Shown here: in pieces, positions 38,899 through 48,427 of the stretch
Layout of the letters: each line of letters starts with the position of its first letter
Position numbering within the stretch: position 1 is the first letter of the stretch
Source of the DNA: an uncultured Syntrophobacteraceae bacterium
Lineage (GTDB): Bacteria > Desulfobacterota > Binatia > UBA9968
Length of the DNA: 64,000 nt
Assembly: GCA_964404195.1 (NCBI GenBank)
Contig: CAYOJC010000006.1
Location: 16,820-80,819 of the forward strand
Direction: 5' to 3'
Program-made: the position numbers and the translations under genes
The notes under the pieces: generated by a model
What the model was told of the DNA's origin: nothing
What the model saw: only the letters and a program-made list of their open reading frames with translations
Database searches by the model: none

Positions 38899-40494
38899 TT
38901 GATTTTCATGGACCCGGTAAAAATCACCATCGACGGGCGGGAAGTCGCGACGACCAAGGGCAAGACCGTCATCCAGGCGGCGGCGGACGCGGGAATCGCC
39001 ATTCCCTATTATTGCTACCATCCGAAGCTTACGATCGCGGGAAACTGCCGCATGTGCCTGGTCGAGATCGAAAAAATGCCCAAGCTCCAGATCTCCTGCA
39101 ACACCCTTGTGACCGAGGGCATGGCGGTCAAGACGCAAAGCCCGAAAGTTCTGGAAGCGCGCCGCGCGGTGATGGAGTTTCTGCTCATCAACCATCCGCT
39201 CGACTGTCCGATCTGCGACCAAGCGGGCGAATGCTGGCTGCAAGACTACTACATGGAGCACGACCTCAGCGCGAGCCGCTTCGACGAAAGAAAAGAGCAC
39301 GAGCGCAAGCGCGAGATCTTCGGCCCGTACGTTGTCTTCGACGGCGAGCGCTGCATCAAGTGCACCCGCTGCGTGCGCTTCTTGCAGGAAGTGACCCACA
39401 CCGACGAGCTCACGGTGGTGAACCGCGGCGACGATTCCACGATCGCCTTGTTCCCGGGAGAAATTTTGGACAATCCGCTTTCGGTCAACGTCGTGGACAT
39501 CTGCCCGGTCGGCGCGCTCACCGACCGCGATTTCCGCTTCAAAGTAAGGGTGTGGTACCTCCGGAAGACGCCGTCGATCTGTCCCGGCTGCAGCACGGGC
39601 TGCAATATTTCGCTCGAGACCTATCAGAACCGCATCGCGCGCTTCAAGCCGCGCGTCAACGAAGCGGTGAACAGTCATTGGTTGTGCGACGAAGGGCGCT
39701 ACTCTTTTCATGCCCTCACCGAAGGCGAGCGGCTGACGACACCGATGATCCGCCAGGAAGGCGGCCTCGTGCCGACGGATTGGGACACCGCTCTACAAGC
39801 CGCGATCGCGGGTCTCGGCGCCAACGGACCACTCCTAGGTGTCCTCTCCGGCAGAAACACGAACGAAGAAGCGTTTCTCTTCGCGCGCCTGATGAAAAAA
39901 ATACCCTCACAAACCGCCCTCGAGGTTTTCTACCGCGAAAGAGAGCTGACCGAAGTCGAGAAAGTTCTCAAGAGCCCGGACCGCTCGCCGAACTTTCGCG
40001 GCGCGCGCGACATGGGCGTCCATTCGAACGGCGGCTTCGACTCGTTGGCGGGCCGGCTGGTTGCCGGAAATTTTCGTGGCGCCTATATCGTCGGCGAAGA
40101 TCTCATCAATCTCCCGGGCGATGGAGAGAAAATTCAAACCGCCCTGGAGAAGCTTTCGTTTCTCGTCGTTCAGGACACGCGGCTCACGCCGACGGCCAAG
40201 CTGGCCCACGTGGTCCTTCCCGCCACACACTTCGGGGAAAAAGAAGGCACCTACACGAACCGCCGCGGCAGAGTGCAGAAACTCAATCCCGGCATCGTCC
40301 CGCCTTTGGGCGCGCTTCAGGACTGGGAGATTTTTTCCCGCTTGCTCGCGAGAGCGGGAGAGAGGGTCGCGTATTCAACCGCGGCGGAAATCTTTTTGGC
40401 GCTTGCCCGCGAGATTCCGGCTTACGGCGGACTCAGTTACGGCAAGATCGGCGATCAGGGATTTCAGCTCGGCAACGAGACCCAACAACCATGA
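38899..40494 (+). CDS. nuoG: NADH-quinone oxidoreductase subunit G (75 kDa)
   Basis: N-terminal 2Fe-2S CYHPKLTIAGNCRMCLVE, 4Fe-4S motifs, molybdopterin-like domain; alternative start at MDPV 38908. Confidence 0.93.
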   Translation: MIFMDPVKITIDGREVATTKGKTVIQAAADAGIAIPYYCYHPKLTIAGNCRMCLVEIEKMPKLQISCNTLVTEGMAVKTQSPKVLEARRAVMEFLLINHPLDCPICDQAGECWLQDYYMEHDLSASRFDERKEHERKREIFGPYVVFDGERCIKCTRCVRFLQEVTHTDELTVVNRGDDSTIALFPGEILDNPLSVNVVDICPVGALTDRDFRFKVRVWYLRKTPSICPGCSTGCNISLETYQNRIARFKPRVNEAVNSHWLCDEGRYSFHALTEGERLTTPMIRQEGGLVPTDWDTALQAAIAGLGANGPLLGVLSGRNTNEEAFLFARLMKKIPSQTALEVFYRERELTEVEKVLKSPDRSPNFRGARDMGVHSNGGFDSLAGRLVAGNFRGAYIVGEDLINLPGDGEKIQTALEKLSFLVVQDTRLTPTAKLAHVVLPATHFGEKEGTYTNRRGRVQKLNPGIVPPLGALQDWEIFSRLLARAGERVAYSTAAEIFLALAREIPAYGGLSYGKIGDQGFQLGNETQQP

Positions 40495-41594
40495 TCATCG
40501 ACTTCACAATCATCGCGGCCAAGGCCTTTCTCGTTCTCTTCATGGTGCTCAACCTGGCCGGCGTTCTGGGCTGGATCGAGCGCAAAGGCAGCGCGCTGAT
40601 TCAAGACCGCATCGGCGCCAACCGCGCCTCGATCTTCGGCTTTGCCGGCATGGGGCTCGTCAACACGCTGATCGCCGATCCGATCAAGTTTCTCTTCAAG
40701 GAAGATTTCATTCCGGCCAGGGGCGACCGCCTACTGCACACGCTGGCGCCTTGCCTGGCGCTTTTCCCGGCGCTGGTCACGTTCGCCGTCATTCCATTCG
40801 GCGACGTTCTCGTCCTCGGCGGCCGCGAGATCAATCTTCAAGTCGCGAACTTGAATATCGGCGTGCTTTATATTTTCGCCATGGCGTCGCTCGGCGTCTA
40901 CGGCATCGTCATCGGCGCGTGGGCCTCGAACAACAAGTTCTCTCTTCTCGGCGGCGTCAGAGGCGCCGCGCAGATGATCTCCTACGAGATCGCGATGGGC
41001 CTGTCGGTCATGGGCGTGCTGATGGTCTACGGCACGCTCGAGCCGCAACAGATGGTGCGGGCGCAGGGCGAGCTCCTCGGGGGCTGGCTGCCGGCGTGGG
41101 GATTTTTCCTCCAGCCGGTCGCGTTCCTGCTTTTCTTTACCGCGGCGGTCGCGGAGACCAAGCGCATACCCTTCGATGTCCCCGAGGGAGAGTCGGAGAT
41201 CGTCGCCGGCTATCACACGGAATATTCCGGCGGGAAATTTCTCATGTTCTTCGCCGGCGAGTTCGCCGAGATCGTCACGGCGGCGGGGCTGGTCACGACG
41301 CTTTTCTTCGGCGGCTGGCAGGTTCCGTGGCTCATGCGCGACGGCTTTCACTTTCCCTGGGGCGGCGCGATTGTTTTATCGCCGCTCGCGGTGACCGTAT
41401 TGCAAGTCGCTGCCTTCACCGTCAAAGTTATCTTCTTCTGCTGGCTGCAAATCCTTATGCGCTGGAGCCTGCCGCGCTTTCGTTACGACCAGGTGATGCG
41501 CCTCGGCTGGAAGATGTTGCTGCCGGTTGCGCTCGTGAACGTCGTCGTCACCGCCGTTTGGATCGTGCTCCGCGAACGGCTTTCCAATCCATGA
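40491..41594 (+). CDS. nuoH: NADH-quinone oxidoreductase subunit H
   Basis: GWIERKGSALIQDRIGANRA... and EIVAGYHTEYSGGKF NuoH/ND1 motifs; start overlaps the nuoG stop (ATGA). The track 919-aa ORF is an upstream read-through artefact. Confidence 0.93.
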   Translation: MIIDFTIIAAKAFLVLFMVLNLAGVLGWIERKGSALIQDRIGANRASIFGFAGMGLVNTLIADPIKFLFKEDFIPARGDRLLHTLAPCLALFPALVTFAVIPFGDVLVLGGREINLQVANLNIGVLYIFAMASLGVYGIVIGAWASNNKFSLLGGVRGAAQMISYEIAMGLSVMGVLMVYGTLEPQQMVRAQGELLGGWLPAWGFFLQPVAFLLFFTAAVAETKRIPFDVPEGESEIVAGYHTEYSGGKFLMFFAGEFAEIVTAAGLVTTLFFGGWQVPWLMRDGFHFPWGGAIVLSPLAVTVLQVAAFTVKVIFFCWLQILMRWSLPRFRYDQVMRLGWKMLLPVALVNVVVTAVWIVLRERLSNP

Positions 41595-41601
41595 ACGAAC
41601 G

Positions 41602-42084
41602 ATGATTCTCTTTCTCATTCTCGCTGCGCTGTCGATTGTCTCCTCGCTGCTGGTGATCTTTCCGCGCAGCGTGGTGCGCAATGCCATGGCGCTCGCGGCG
41701 ACGCTTTTTTTCGTCGCCGTTCTGTTCGTCACGCTGGACGCTCCGATGGTCGGCGCCCTGCAGGTGCTGGTCTACGCGGGCGCGATCATGATCCTGATTC
41801 TTTTCGTCATCATGCTGCTCAATCCCGCCGCGTTGGAGGCGCGGCCGGTCGCCTGGGGAATGACGGGCTCGCTCGCGGCGGTAGCGTTGCTGCTGGAGCT
41901 GGTCGGCATATTTTTCTATCGGCCGTCGTCCACAGAACGGCCGTCGGTAACGGTCGGCTTCGGCGGGCCGGAAGCGCTGGCGCAGAGCCTCTTCACCGAC
42001 TTCGTTCTCCCTTTCGAGATCGCCTCCGTCCTGCTCTTGGTCGCGATCATCGGCGCGGTCGTGCTGGCAAAGAGGGAGGGCTAA
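41602..42084 (+). CDS. nuoJ: NADH-quinone oxidoreductase subunit J
   Basis: 160-aa five-TM ND6-like protein directly after nuoH, so no nuoI. Confidence 0.88.
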   Translation: MILFLILAALSIVSSLLVIFPRSVVRNAMALAATLFFVAVLFVTLDAPMVGALQVLVYAGAIMILILFVIMLLNPAALEARPVAWGMTGSLAAVALLLELVGIFFYRPSSTERPSVTVGFGGPEALAQSLFTDFVLPFEIASVLLLVAIIGAVVLAKREG

Positions 42085-42200
42085 CTGGGACAATGCAAAA
42101 GTCAAAGTGCAAAATGCAAATTTCAAAATGTACAAGGCCGAAAATCCGGCAATTTTTCATTTTTCATTTTTCATTTTTCATTTTGCAATCGGGGTGAACA
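42085..42200. repeat. AT-rich heptad-periodic palindromic element (TGCAAAA tandem units / TTTTGCA inverted units) inserted between nuoJ and nuoK
   Basis: tgcaaaagtcaaagtgcaaaatgcaaatttcaaaatg tacaaggccgaaaatccggcaa tttttcatttttcatttttcattttgcaatc. Same family as 2588-2760. Confidence 0.6.
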
Positions 42201-42503
42201 ATGGTCCCGCTGCATTACTATCTCGCGCTCAGCGCCGTGCTCTTCGCCATCGGCGTCGCCGGGGTTCTCATCCGTCGCGACATCATCGTCATCCTCATGT
42301 CGATCGAGTTGATGCTGAACGCGGTCAACCTGACGTTTATCGCGTTCGCGCGCTTTTTCGGCTCGATGGACGGGCAGGTGATCGTTTTTTTCGTCATGAC
42401 CGTCGCGGCGGCGGAGGCGGTGGTGGGCCTAGCGATCATCATTTCGGTTTTCCGGCACCGCCGTACATTGGATCCGCAGGATATGCAGCTTCTCAAATGG
42501 TAA
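42201..42503 (+). CDS. nuoK: NADH-quinone oxidoreductase subunit K
   Basis: 100-aa three-TM ND4L-like, [20 protein letters not shown]...[12 protein letters not shown]. Confidence 0.92.
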   Translation: MVPLHYYLALSAVLFAIGVAGVLIRRDIIVILMSIELMLNAVNLTFIAFARFFGSMDGQVIVFFVMTVAAAEAVVGLAIIISVFRHRRTLDPQDMQLLKW

Positions 42504-42570
42504 ACCGATTTTGGAGCCTTCGACTGTGCTCAGGACAGGTTTTGGATTTTAGATTTTGGATTGATCCGGA

Positions 42571-44478
42571 ATGACGGAAACTTTGACTCTACTTCGTTAC
42601 ATACCGCTCTTGCCGCTGGTCGGCGCCGCGGTGAATATTTTTTTCGGCGCGCGGCTCGGCCGAAAAGCCGCCGGGTATCTCGCTTGCGCTGCGGTTGCGC
42701 TGTCGTTTTTCGTTTCGCTCCAGGTCTTTTTGTTTCTGTCTCCGACCGACGTTTTTCGCGATACGGTCTTTACCTGGATCGATTCCGAGCCGTTCAAGGC
42801 GAGCGTTTCGCTGCAAGCCGACGCCCTGACCGCGGTTATGCTGCTCGTGATCACCGGCATCGGTTTCCTCATCCACGTTTATTCGTTGGGCTATATGGGC
42901 CATGACGAAGGCATGGCGCGCTACTTCGCGTATCTCAACCTCTTCGTCTTCTTCATGTCGCTGCTGGTCCTGGCCGACAACCTGCTGCTCCTTTTCGTCG
43001 GCTGGGAAGGGGTCGGGCTCTGCTCGTATCTGTTGATCGGCTTCTGGCACCAGGACCACACCAACACGATCGCCGGCAACAAGGCCTTCATCGTCAATCG
43101 GATCGGCGACTTCGGCTTCATCCTCGGCCTCTTGCTGCTTTTCTGGGAGATGAGCCGCCACGGCGCGCCGAGTCTCAACTTCTCCGACTTACGGCAGAGC
43201 GCCCATCTCCTGCGGCCTGAAACCGTAACGCTCGTCACGCTGCTGCTCTTTGCCGGCGCGACCGGCAAGTCGGCGCAGATCCCGCTTTTTGTCTGGCTGC
43301 CCGACGCAATGCAGGGGCCGACGCCCGTCAGCGCGCTGATCCACGCGGCCACGATGGTCACCGCCGGCGTGTACATGACCGCGCGTCTCAATTTTCTTTT
43401 TGCGCTGGCGCCCACGACGCTGGCCGTGATCGCCACCATCGGCGCGCTCACCGCTTTTTTTGCCGCGACCGTCGCCGTGGCGCAAAACGACATCAAGCGC
43501 GTGCTGGCCTATTCCACGGTGAGCCAGTTGGGCTATATGTTCCTGGCGGTCGGCGTCGGCGCGTTTAGCGCGGCGGTCTTCCACCTCTTTACGCATGCGT
43601 TCTTCAAGGCGTGTCTCTTTCTCGGCTCGGGGAGCGTCATCCACGCGCTCGGCGGAGAGCAGGACATGAGAAAGATGGGCGGGCTCCGGCGCCATTTGCG
43701 GGCGACTTACTGGACTTACTTGATTGCCACGCTGGCGATTGCCGGCGCGCCGCTGACGGCGGGATTTTTTTCCAAGGACCGGATTCTTTGGGAGACTTAT
43801 TCGAGTCCTCTCGGTTCCGTCCAGCTATGGGCGCTGGCCTGGATCACAGCCGGACTCACCGCCTTTTATATGTTCCGCCAGTTGTTCATGGTGTTTCACG
43901 GCGAGTCCCGAGCAGCAGAATCCGTCAAAACTCATATCCACGAGTCACCGGCGTCGATGACTGTGCCGTTGGTGTTGCTGGCGCTGGGTTCGGTCTTCGC
44001 GGGATGGTTATCGACCCCCGACTTTATGTGGGGAAGCGTCTGGGATGCCTGGTTGCAACCGATTTTCGGCGCCCCCAAAACCGGCGAGCACGCGGCAGTC
44101 AATGATGAGTTATTCCTGACCGCGATCACGCTTGGAATAGCGGCGCTGGGAATCTTCATCGCGTTCATTTTTTACGGCCGGGATCGCAAGATCGCCGAGT
44201 GGATTGCCGCTACGGGACTCTATCGTTGGCTCGCCGGCAAGTACTACGTCGATGAATTTTACGATCGGCTCTTCGTGCGGCCGTTCGCCGCGTGCGCGCG
44301 CTGGCTGGCGCGGCGCTTCGATCCGGGATTCATCGACGGCATCGTCAACGGCGTCGCCGCGAGCGTCCGCGCGACGAGCCTCTCGTGGCGGCGGCTTCAG
44401 AGCGGTAACGTGCAGCATTACCTGTTCGCATTTTTGGCCGGGACGCTTTTGATCTTTGCGTATTTTTTGAGGTGGTGA
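42571..44478 (+). CDS. nuoL: NADH-quinone oxidoreductase subunit L
   Basis: 635-aa antiporter-like ND5 homologue with long C-terminal amphipathic helix region. Confidence 0.92.
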   Translation: MTETLTLLRYIPLLPLVGAAVNIFFGARLGRKAAGYLACAAVALSFFVSLQVFLFLSPTDVFRDTVFTWIDSEPFKASVSLQADALTAVMLLVITGIGFLIHVYSLGYMGHDEGMARYFAYLNLFVFFMSLLVLADNLLLLFVGWEGVGLCSYLLIGFWHQDHTNTIAGNKAFIVNRIGDFGFILGLLLLFWEMSRHGAPSLNFSDLRQSAHLLRPETVTLVTLLLFAGATGKSAQIPLFVWLPDAMQGPTPVSALIHAATMVTAGVYMTARLNFLFALAPTTLAVIATIGALTAFFAATVAVAQNDIKRVLAYSTVSQLGYMFLAVGVGAFSAAVFHLFTHAFFKACLFLGSGSVIHALGGEQDMRKMGGLRRHLRATYWTYLIATLAIAGAPLTAGFFSKDRILWETYSSPLGSVQLWALAWITAGLTAFYMFRQLFMVFHGESRAAESVKTHIHESPASMTVPLVLLALGSVFAGWLSTPDFMWGSVWDAWLQPIFGAPKTGEHAAVNDELFLTAITLGIAALGIFIAFIFYGRDRKIAEWIAATGLYRWLAGKYYVDEFYDRLFVRPFAACARWLARRFDPGFIDGIVNGVAASVRATSLSWRRLQSGNVQHYLFAFLAGTLLIFAYFLRW

Positions 44479-44482
44479 GGGC

Positions 44483-46021
44483 GTGAAGGATTTGAGCCTG
44501 CTGGTATTTCTTCCCACGCTCGGCGCGTTGGGGCTGCTTTTTATTCCACGGCGGCAAACGCCCGCGCTTTTCAAAGCAGCGCTGGGCGTGAGCCTGCTCA
44601 CGTTCTGCCAGTCTCTGTGGATTCTTTACCGCTTCGATCTCGGCGTGGCTGAAATGCAACTCGTCGAGCGGCTTCGCTGGATTCCCGTCTACGGGATCGA
44701 GTACGCCGTCGGCATCGACGGGCTCAGCCTTTTTCTTGTTTTGCTCGCTGCCTTTCTAACGCCGATTGCGATCCTGGCGTCCTGGACGATCCACGACAAA
44801 GTCAAAGAGTATCTTTTCTTCATGCTGGTCCTGGAGACCGGCATGCTCGGCGCACTCGTCGCTATCGATTTGTTTCTCTTTTACGTCTTTTGGGAAGTGA
44901 TGCTCGTGCCGATGTATTTTCTAATCGGCGTGTGGGGCGGAGAGCGCCGCGTCTACGCCGCGGTCAAGTTTGTAATTTACACGATGGCCGGCAGCCTGCT
45001 GATGCTCGTCGGAATCATTTTTCTGGCGACGCGGAATTTTCAGGTGACGCAGGTCTTGACCTTCGACCTTCTGCGCATCGCCAATCTCCATCTACCTTAC
45101 GACGAGCAGATGTGGTTGTTCCTCGCCTTCGCGCTTTCCTTCGCCATCAAAGTCCCGCTCTTTCCTCTCCACACGTGGCTTCCCGACGCCCACGTCGAGG
45201 CGCCGACCGCCGGCTCGGTGATTCTGGCCGGCGTTCTCCTCAAGATGGGGACTTACGGATTTTTGCGCTTCGCGATTCCGCTGTTTCCCCAAGCCGCGCT
45301 GGCGGCGGCGCCCGTGATCACCGCCCTCGCGGTCGTCGGCATTATTTATGGCGCCATGGTGGCGATGATGCAGGACGATCTCAAAAAACTCGTCGCCTAT
45401 TCTTCGGTCAGCCATTTGGGCTTTGTCATGTTGGGGCTGTTCGCGTTCAATCTACCGGGAGTTGAAGGCGCGGTGTATCAGATGCTCAACCACGGTCTCT
45501 CCACCGGGGCGTTGTTTCTCCTTGTCGGCATGATCTACGAACGGCGGCACACGCGCATGATCGACGACTTCGGCGGCTTGTGGAAACAGATTCCGATTTT
45601 CTCGGCATTTTTTCTCGTCGTCACGTTTTCTTCCATCGGGTTGCCGGGGCTCAACGGCTTCGTCGGCGAATTTCTCATCCTGCTGGGCGCGTTCGAGGCA
45701 ACCCCGGTAGCGGCGGCGTTCGCCGCGACCGGCGTGGTTCTGGGAGCGATCACCATGCTGTGGATGTTTCGCCGCGTGGTGTTCGGCCCTCTCGCCCGGC
45801 CGGAAAATCAGCGGCTCCAAGACCTGAATTTGAGAGAGATCTGTATCCTGGCGCCGATCTTAGCGTTGATCTTTTTCATGGGCGTTTACCCCCAGCCGTT
45901 CTTGAACCGGATGAAAAATTCGGCCCGGCTGGTTATTCAGCGAGTCGAGAGCCAACGGCTGGCTCTGCCGCTCGTCCGCGGCGAGACGATCCCAGAGGAG
46001 AAGGCGGTCCGTGGAAACTAA
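44483..46021 (+). CDS. nuoM: NADH-quinone oxidoreductase subunit M
   Basis: 512-aa ND4 homologue, antiporter-like TM core. Confidence 0.92.
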   Translation: MKDLSLLVFLPTLGALGLLFIPRRQTPALFKAALGVSLLTFCQSLWILYRFDLGVAEMQLVERLRWIPVYGIEYAVGIDGLSLFLVLLAAFLTPIAILASWTIHDKVKEYLFFMLVLETGMLGALVAIDLFLFYVFWEVMLVPMYFLIGVWGGERRVYAAVKFVIYTMAGSLLMLVGIIFLATRNFQVTQVLTFDLLRIANLHLPYDEQMWLFLAFALSFAIKVPLFPLHTWLPDAHVEAPTAGSVILAGVLLKMGTYGFLRFAIPLFPQAALAAAPVITALAVVGIIYGAMVAMMQDDLKKLVAYSSVSHLGFVMLGLFAFNLPGVEGAVYQMLNHGLSTGALFLLVGMIYERRHTRMIDDFGGLWKQIPIFSAFFLVVTFSSIGLPGLNGFVGEFLILLGAFEATPVAAAFAATGVVLGAITMLWMFRRVVFGPLARPENQRLQDLNLREICILAPILALIFFMGVYPQPFLNRMKNSARLVIQRVESQRLALPLVRGETIPEEKAVRGN

Positions 46022-47450
46022 TCTCACGCCCCTTCTCCCCGCCGCCGAAGTGCTTTTGACGGCGCTTGTCGTTCTGGTGCTCGACCTTTTCGTGCCCAAA
46101 AACGAGAAGGGAATTCTCGTCTGGATCAGTCTTATCGGATTAGCCCTTGCGGGCGTGATGGCCTTTTTCCTGCGGGGCGGTCACGAAGGCGCCTTTCAAG
46201 ACACCATCCGGCTCGATCCCTTCGCGCTTTTCTTTACGGTATTCTTTTTGGGCGCCGCGGCGCTCACGATTCTTTCCTCGGTCGAGTACTTGAGAGAAAC
46301 CGGTATTCGCGAGGGAGAATTCTACGTCCTCATCCTCTTGAGCACCTTCGGAATGATTCTCATGGCCGCCGCCAACGATCTCATTCTTTTCTTTCTCGGT
46401 CTGGAGACGATGTCGATCGCCGTCTACGTTCTGACCGGACTGTGGCGCGAGCGCAGCCTGGCTGCCGAGGCGGCGATGAAATATTTTCTCATCGGCGCAT
46501 TCGCCACCGGCTTTCTTCTCTACGGCATCGCCCTCATTTACGGCGCGAGCGGCTCGACGCATCTCGGCCGCGTAGCCGCCGTGCTGACTCACCCCAAGAG
46601 CGAGTGGTCGATCTTTCTTTCGGCCGGTGTCTTCCTGCTGTTCGTCGGATTGGCTTTCAAAGTCGCCGCGGTGCCGTTTCATTTCTGGGTTCCCGACGTG
46701 TACGACGGCGCACCCACGCCGGTCACCGCCTTCATGGCGGTCGCCGTGAAAGCCGCCGCCTTCGCGGGGTGGGCGCGGATCTTTCTCTACCAACTCTCGC
46801 CGCTGCACGACGAATGGGCGCTGCCGCTGAAGGCGCTGGCGATTCTCACGATGACCGTGGGAAATGTACTGGCGATCTCGCAGTCGAGCGTCAAGCGAAT
46901 GCTCGCTTACTCGAGCATCGCACATGCGGGTTATCTGCTCATCGCGCTGGTCGCCGGAGGCGAGGCGGGCGGACAGGCTCTGCTGTTTTATCTCGTGAGC
47001 TACGCGGCGATGACTCTGGGCGCGTTCGGCGTGCTCATCGCTTTGAAAGACGGAGAGAAGGACAACGAGACGTACAACAATTTTGCCGGGCTGGGCTTCA
47101 AGCGGCCGTTTTTAGGAACGGCGATGGCGCTTTTCATGCTTTCTCTCGCCGGCTTTCCGCCGCTTGCCGGCTTCACCGGAAAATTTTATCTTTTCCGCTC
47201 CGCCGTGGTTGCAGGACACACCGATCTCGCGATCATCGGCGCGCTCAACAGTCTTTTGTCCGTGGTTTATTATCTACGGGTGATCGTGATGATGTACATG
47301 GAAGAGGGAGGAGCGGAGGGAAAACGATTCGCCGTCGCGCCGTATCTTTATCTCGCGATCGCGCTCGCCGCGATTGGAACCGTCTACTTCGGAGTGCTCC
47401 CCGCGCCGGCGCTGGATCTGAGCCTCAAGTCTTTTTCTTCCTTGCGTTAG
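46011..47450 (+). CDS. nuoN: NADH-quinone oxidoreductase subunit N
   Basis: 479-aa ND2 homologue; overlaps the nuoM end by 11 nt. Confidence 0.9.
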   Translation: METNLTPLLPAAEVLLTALVVLVLDLFVPKNEKGILVWISLIGLALAGVMAFFLRGGHEGAFQDTIRLDPFALFFTVFFLGAAALTILSSVEYLRETGIREGEFYVLILLSTFGMILMAAANDLILFFLGLETMSIAVYVLTGLWRERSLAAEAAMKYFLIGAFATGFLLYGIALIYGASGSTHLGRVAAVLTHPKSEWSIFLSAGVFLLFVGLAFKVAAVPFHFWVPDVYDGAPTPVTAFMAVAVKAAAFAGWARIFLYQLSPLHDEWALPLKALAILTMTVGNVLAISQSSVKRMLAYSSIAHAGYLLIALVAGGEAGGQALLFYLVSYAAMTLGAFGVLIALKDGEKDNETYNNFAGLGFKRPFLGTAMALFMLSLAGFPPLAGFTGKFYLFRSAVVAGHTDLAIIGALNSLLSVVYYLRVIVMMYMEEGGAEGKRFAVAPYLYLAIALAAIGTVYFGVLPAPALDLSLKSFSSLR

Positions 47451-47485
47451 ATTGCAGCGTTCGTCCTGACTTTAGAGACAGAGCC

Positions 47486-48316
47486 TTAATTCACCCGGAA
47501 GAGTCCGATCGCGACGGGGACCTCGGCCGTGCCGGGCACGTACTCCTCGAACTTGACCCCGCGGACGTGAAGCTGTGTCGAGCCGCCGCCGTCGAGGTTG
47601 AGCAGGTCGGAGGTCTGAGCTTGCCACTGGGCCGAGCCGAAAAATTCCTGCAGCTCCACCCAATTGAGTCCCCCGAAAAGCGTGTCGGTTACCGCGACGA
47701 TCAGCCGTGCGCTCGCGTCCATGCCGATGAGCGAGCGCCGGAATTGCCGGTCGGCGCCGCGCGTGACGGTCAAAGGCGAGCCTTTGGCGAGCAGCAAGGG
47801 ACCGGCCTGCAGTCCCTCGTCCGCCTGTTGGAGGAGGAATTCATCGCGGTGCGCGATGAACGGCGTGTGGTCTTTGATGGCGAAAATTCCGGTAAACAGA
47901 GGGCTTTTGGAAACGTTGAGGTTTGCTTCGCCGGCGGTCTTGAGAAATCCGAGCGGCATCCCTTTCTCGTCGAAGTAGTTGGCGTTGATCATCGCCAGCG
48001 CGCCGCTCTTTTCCGCCAGCGTCCTCACGTCGGCGCTCTTCTGGTTATACTGCTGGCTGCGCACGACGCGCGGAACGATCCAGTGAAGATCGAAGCGGAC
48101 GAGCTTCAAATCGAGCTGATGGCGCGGCTCGGCGCGCACCAGTGTGACTTTACGGAATTCCACCCCTCTTTGAACGACTTTCCAGCTTCCCAGGTCTATG
48201 ATCGACAATCCGGGGCTGGCCTTAAACCTGTTGGCGGTGACGGCTTGAGTCGAAGCCCTGGAGGGAAAGACGACGAAAATGAACAGCCAAAGCAGGCTTG
48301 ATCGCCGGATCGTCAT
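47486..48316 (-). CDS. phosphodiester glycosidase family protein (DUF2233) with signal peptide
   Basis: Signal/TM LLWLFIFVVFPSRAS; AMINANYFDEKG...GGGSTQL motifs of the NAGPA-like family. Confidence 0.65.
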   Translation of the reverse strand: MTIRRSSLLWLFIFVVFPSRASTQAVTANRFKASPGLSIIDLGSWKVVQRGVEFRKVTLVRAEPRHQLDLKLVRFDLHWIVPRVVRSQQYNQKSADVRTLAEKSGALAMINANYFDEKGMPLGFLKTAGEANLNVSKSPLFTGIFAIKDHTPFIAHRDEFLLQQADEGLQAGPLLLAKGSPLTVTRGADRQFRRSLIGMDASARLIVAVTDTLFGGLNWVELQEFFGSAQWQAQTSDLLNLDGGGSTQLHVRGVKFEEYVPGTAEVPVAIGLFRVN

Positions 48317-48427
48317 TGGATTATAGATGATAGCAAAATGGTTTTCAGAAAAAAACAGCGGCCGCGACAACGAAAATAGTTTCGGTTTTTGAAATTCGCC
48401 TCCAAAACTTGAAATCGAGGAAAATTC

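Noticed and set aside
38835-41594. 919-aa ORF in the track spanning nuoG and nuoH in another frame
   Set aside because: Only its last ~367 codons (from ATG 40491) are NuoH. The upstream part is an Arg/Gly-rich out-of-frame read-through across nuoG, so the feature was split accordingly.
40061-41605. 514-aa and other alternative-frame ORFs over nuoH, nuoL, nuoN (for example 43611-44105, 44890-45465, 46442-48301)
   Set aside because: Arginine-rich translations with no motifs overlapping well-supported membrane subunit genes; judged to be frame artefacts.
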